DNA from: Nitrospirales bacterium
Lineage (GTDB): Bacteria > Nitrospirota > Nitrospiria > Nitrospirales > UBA8639
Length of the DNA stretch: 64,000 nucleotides
Direction of reading: 5' to 3'
NCBI GenBank assembly: GCA_963422365.1
Contig: OY729426.1
Coordinates: 1,056,001 to 1,120,000, forward strand
Position numbers and translations under genes: made by a program. The notes under the pieces were generated by a model. The model was given only the letters and a program-made list of their open reading frames with translations. It searched no databases and was not told the DNA's origin. Shown piece by piece: positions 61,196 through 64,000 of this stretch. Position 1 is the first letter of the stretch; each line of letters opens with the position of its first letter.

Positions 61196-62230
61196 GCAGG
61201 ACTTACCTTGGCCTTTCTGCGGAACTGGGATAACGGCTCTTTGTGCGGCTTACCACGGCTACAATGCGGTAACGACGGACATCAATACTTTTTTGGTTTG
61301 GTTCAGTTGTACCAAGATCGACTGTTATTCTTCACGGTTGATTGCTGATCTGAGGCCAGCTGGCCCTACGCTATGCGACGATATTCGTTATGAAAGAGTG
61401 CCCAAAGTACCGGCCCCGCCTATGCACAACCTCGAGCGATGGTGGAGCCCCGTCGATTGCGATTTTCTTGGTGCATTCAAGGGAGCGATAGATGCCGGAT
61501 TTGCCAAGAACGATAAGCGACATTCTTGTCTGTTGGTTGCGTTTTGTCGGACGCTGCTTGATCTTTCCAATGCCGCTTTTCATCACCAGCCAATGTCTTT
61601 CAAATCAAATTTCCAACCTACTGCTGATTTCGATACTGACTTAGAAAGAGTATTTCTTCGCTATCTAGGCATCGTTCTTGACGGGGCCGAACACAACCCG
61701 ACGGGTCAGGTAAAGGCGCACGTGCTGATGCCCGTCGGCTGTTCAAGGAAGACACGGGGTTGGTTGATTGCGTCATTACCTCTCCGCCGTACGTGAACCG
61801 AATGTCATACGTTCGCGAGCTTCGCCCCTCCATATACTGGCTTGGCTACATCATGCATGGCCGTGATGCAGGCGAAATGAACTGGGAAGCGATTGGCGGA
61901 ACGTGGGGCGTTGCGACCAGCAGATTGAATGAGCGGCGGCTCCCGTCAGACGGCTTCACATCGAAGCTCCTGCAACAAACCGTAGAAATCATCGGAGATG
62001 ATGAGAATAAGAATGGTCAACTTTTGGGAAACTACGTGTTGAAATATTTCGATGATATGTGGAGCCATTTTCAATCTCTCATCGGTGGACTCAATGATGG
62101 AGCCAGGCTTCACTCTATCGTCGGCAACTCAACGTTCTATAACGTTCTCGTTCCCGTTGAGCAGGTGTACGCGGAGATGTTGTCCCAACTCGGCTTTTCT
62201 AACGTGGTATGTGTCCCCGTTTCGGGTATA
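61194..62230 (+). pseudogene. N4-cytosine/N6-adenine DNA methyltransferase, frameshifted and truncated
   Basis: PFCGTG (motif I) and ITSPPY (motif IV) in different frames. Confidence 0.8.
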
Positions 62231-62332
62231 CCTTGGGAACAGGAACGCGTCTGCAATGATGGTGCGGCATCGCAGGTTGAACGCTTCGCCGTGTCGGCAT
62301 CCTCGGTCGCAAATTTGAGCAAGACGGCGCTT

Positions 62333-63196
62333 TCACCTCTCGCTGAGACCAGGGGTGAGAAATTCAGGTTGCCGCACGCCTCCGCCCAGCCGATAGCCTT
62401 CCAAGTCTAACGTGACGAATTGAAACCCGAGTGTTTTCAATCCTTGGGTCATGCGGTGACGTCGAACGGGCTCAAGAAAATCGGAGAGTTCTTTCGGGTC
62501 CACCTCGATGCGCGCGATGCCTTCATGATCGCGGACGCGAACAAGCCTGAATCCTTCCTCCCGCAACAAGCGCTCGGCTTGTCCCACGCGCTGTAACTTT
62601 TGTTCGGTAATCCTTGTGCCTCGAGGAATACGAGAGGACAGACAGGCAGCTGCGGGCTTGTCCCAGTTGGATAAGCCCAAGGTTTTGGCCAGGGTGCGAA
62701 TGTCAGCCTTACGAAACCCAGTTTCCACCAACGGGCTGCGAACGCCAAACTGTTGGGCCGCCTGCATCCCCGGTCGATCATCGCCCAAGTCGTCGACGTG
62801 AGTACCATCGACAATCGTGGAAATTCCCGTTTTTTGTTTGATGGGAGCAAAAAGCTGATACAGATCGCTTTTGCAGTGATAGCATCGCATCGAGTCGTTG
62901 CGAACAAAATCCTCGATGTTCAGTTGATTCGTTGAGGCTACGATCAACCGTGCCCCAATATCTTCACTCAGTTGCCGAACGGTCTCCAACTCCTCGTGCG
63001 GCAAGGTGGGCGAAGCGGCGGTGACGGCGGTAGCCCGGGGACCTAAGACGTCCGAGGCTATTTTGAGGACGAGGGTGCTATCGACTCCTCCGGAAAATGC
63101 GACCAGCGCGCCCTCCAGCCCTTGAAACAAGTGAAGAAGGTTCGCCGCTTTGCTCTGAAGGCCTTTGGGAAGGGGAGGCAGTCGCAATGCTTGCAT
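62333..63196 (-). CDS. larE: ATP-dependent sacrificial sulfur transferase LarE family
   Basis: AFSGGVDS, RCYHCK, DDRPG, KPAAACLSSRIP, RVRDH. Confidence 0.9.
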   Translation of the reverse strand: MQALRLPPLPKGLQSKAANLLHLFQGLEGALVAFSGGVDSTLVLKIASDVLGPRATAVTAASPTLPHEELETVRQLSEDIGARLIVASTNQLNIEDFVRNDSMRCYHCKSDLYQLFAPIKQKTGISTIVDGTHVDDLGDDRPGMQAAQQFGVRSPLVETGFRKADIRTLAKTLGLSNWDKPAAACLSSRIPRGTRITEQKLQRVGQAERLLREEGFRLVRVRDHEGIARIEVDPKELSDFLEPVRRHRMTQGLKTLGFQFVTLDLEGYRLGGGVRQPEFLTPGLSER

Positions 63197-63225
63197 CAGG
63201 TTCCTTGGATGAGTGTGGGAGCAGT

Positions 63226-64000
63226 TCACGCGGACAGTTTTCCAAGTTGCCCGCATGCCCCCCATACATCACGCCCACGATTTTGTCGAATGAAGACATC
63301 ATACCCCTTTTGCCGGAGGATCGTCTGGAATGTCGCAATGACGGTGTCCGTCGGTCGACGGAATGGGCTATTCGGAAATTCATTGAACGGAATGAGATTG
63401 ATTTTACAACGAATACCTTGAAGCAGTCGGCTCAGGCGGATGGCGTCGTCTGCCGAATCGTTTTCCTCTCTTAATAACACATACTCAAACGTTAAGTGAC
63501 GGTTCGCCGGTACCGGGTAGGCCCGGCACGCCGCGAGTAGGTCGGGTAAGGGGCACAGACGATTCATCATCGGCATGAGCCGGTCTCGCTGCTCAGAAGT
63601 CGAGGCGTTTAATGAAATCGCCACGTTCACCCCGAGCGTGGCTACGGCGTGAAGTCGTTGAGAAAATCCTGCCGTCGAAATCGTCATGCGTCTTTTGGGA
63701 AAGCCCATCCCCCACTTGGTATTGGTCAACCGCATGAGGGCATCCGAGACTTCATCAAAATTGGCTAGAGGTTCGCCCATGCCCATGAACACCAGAGACG
63801 TGATGCGGTGTCCGGGTCGGAGCAGATCCTGGGCCGTCAAAATTTGATCAACAATTTCATGCGCCTTCAAATTTCGCTTGAGTCCCATTTGTCCTGTAAC
63901 GCAAAAGCGACAGTCCAAGGTGCACCCAACTTGGGTTGAAATACATTGGGTCAACCGCTCCCCATCCGGGATGAGAACACTTTCAATGGTCAGGCCGTCT
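63226..64000 (-). CDS. rlmN: Dual-specificity RNA methyltransferase RlmN (5' end outside window)
   Basis: CISTQVGCTLDCRFC, FMGMGEP, FEYVL, NLIPFN, ACGQL. Confidence 0.95.
   Translation of the reverse strand, partial: DGLTIESVLIPDGERLTQCISTQVGCTLDCRFCVTGQMGLKRNLKAHEIVDQILTAQDLLRPGHRITSLVFMGMGEPLANFDEVSDALMRLTNTKWGMGFPKRRMTISTAGFSQRLHAVATLGVNVAISLNASTSEQRDRLMPMMNRLCPLPDLLAACRAYPVPANRHLTFEYVLLREENDSADDAIRLSRLLQGIRCKINLIPFNEFPNSPFRRPTDTVIATFQTILRQKGYDVFIRQNRGRDVWGACGQLGKLSA

Noticed and set aside
1..64000. tRNA, rRNA or intact transposase/integrase genes
   Set aside because: None recognised in the window.

Overview
Chromosomal window from a Nitrospirales-like bacterium, inferred from the AtpE/AtpB sequences and gene context. 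It has many pseudogenes, which suggests a host-associated, decaying genome. Housekeeping blocks are pgl, tal, udg, ogt, panC-folK-dapL, an msbA-like transporter, nadB, pabBC-like genes, the F0 atp operon, larE and rlmN. They surround two defence regions. (1) At ~15.9-33.8 kb, a decayed type I restriction-modification island contains an intact Sir2-HerA pair, an intact VapBC-like toxin-antitoxin pair and a very GC-rich phage tail remnant. (2) At ~38.7-54.0 kb lies a complete type III-A CRISPR-Cas locus: cas6, an NE0113-family CARF protein, cas10/csm2-5, csx16, a CARF-RelE (Cami1-like) effector, cas2-cas1-degenerate cas1-cas2, and a 6-repeat array. Two observations stand out. The trailer-end 'spacer' is 425 nt and carries a complete HNH-fold gene with its own RBS, co-oriented with the pre-crRNA and bounded by a ~20-nt duplication; a metagenomic mis-join must be excluded. 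A palindrome, GGCAAGCTTG(C/T)C, occurs upstream of three cas transcription units, each time centred exactly 33 nt upstream of a -10 hexamer, which suggests an undescribed activator-controlled CRISPR regulon. All calls come from motif recognition by eye; no searches were run.
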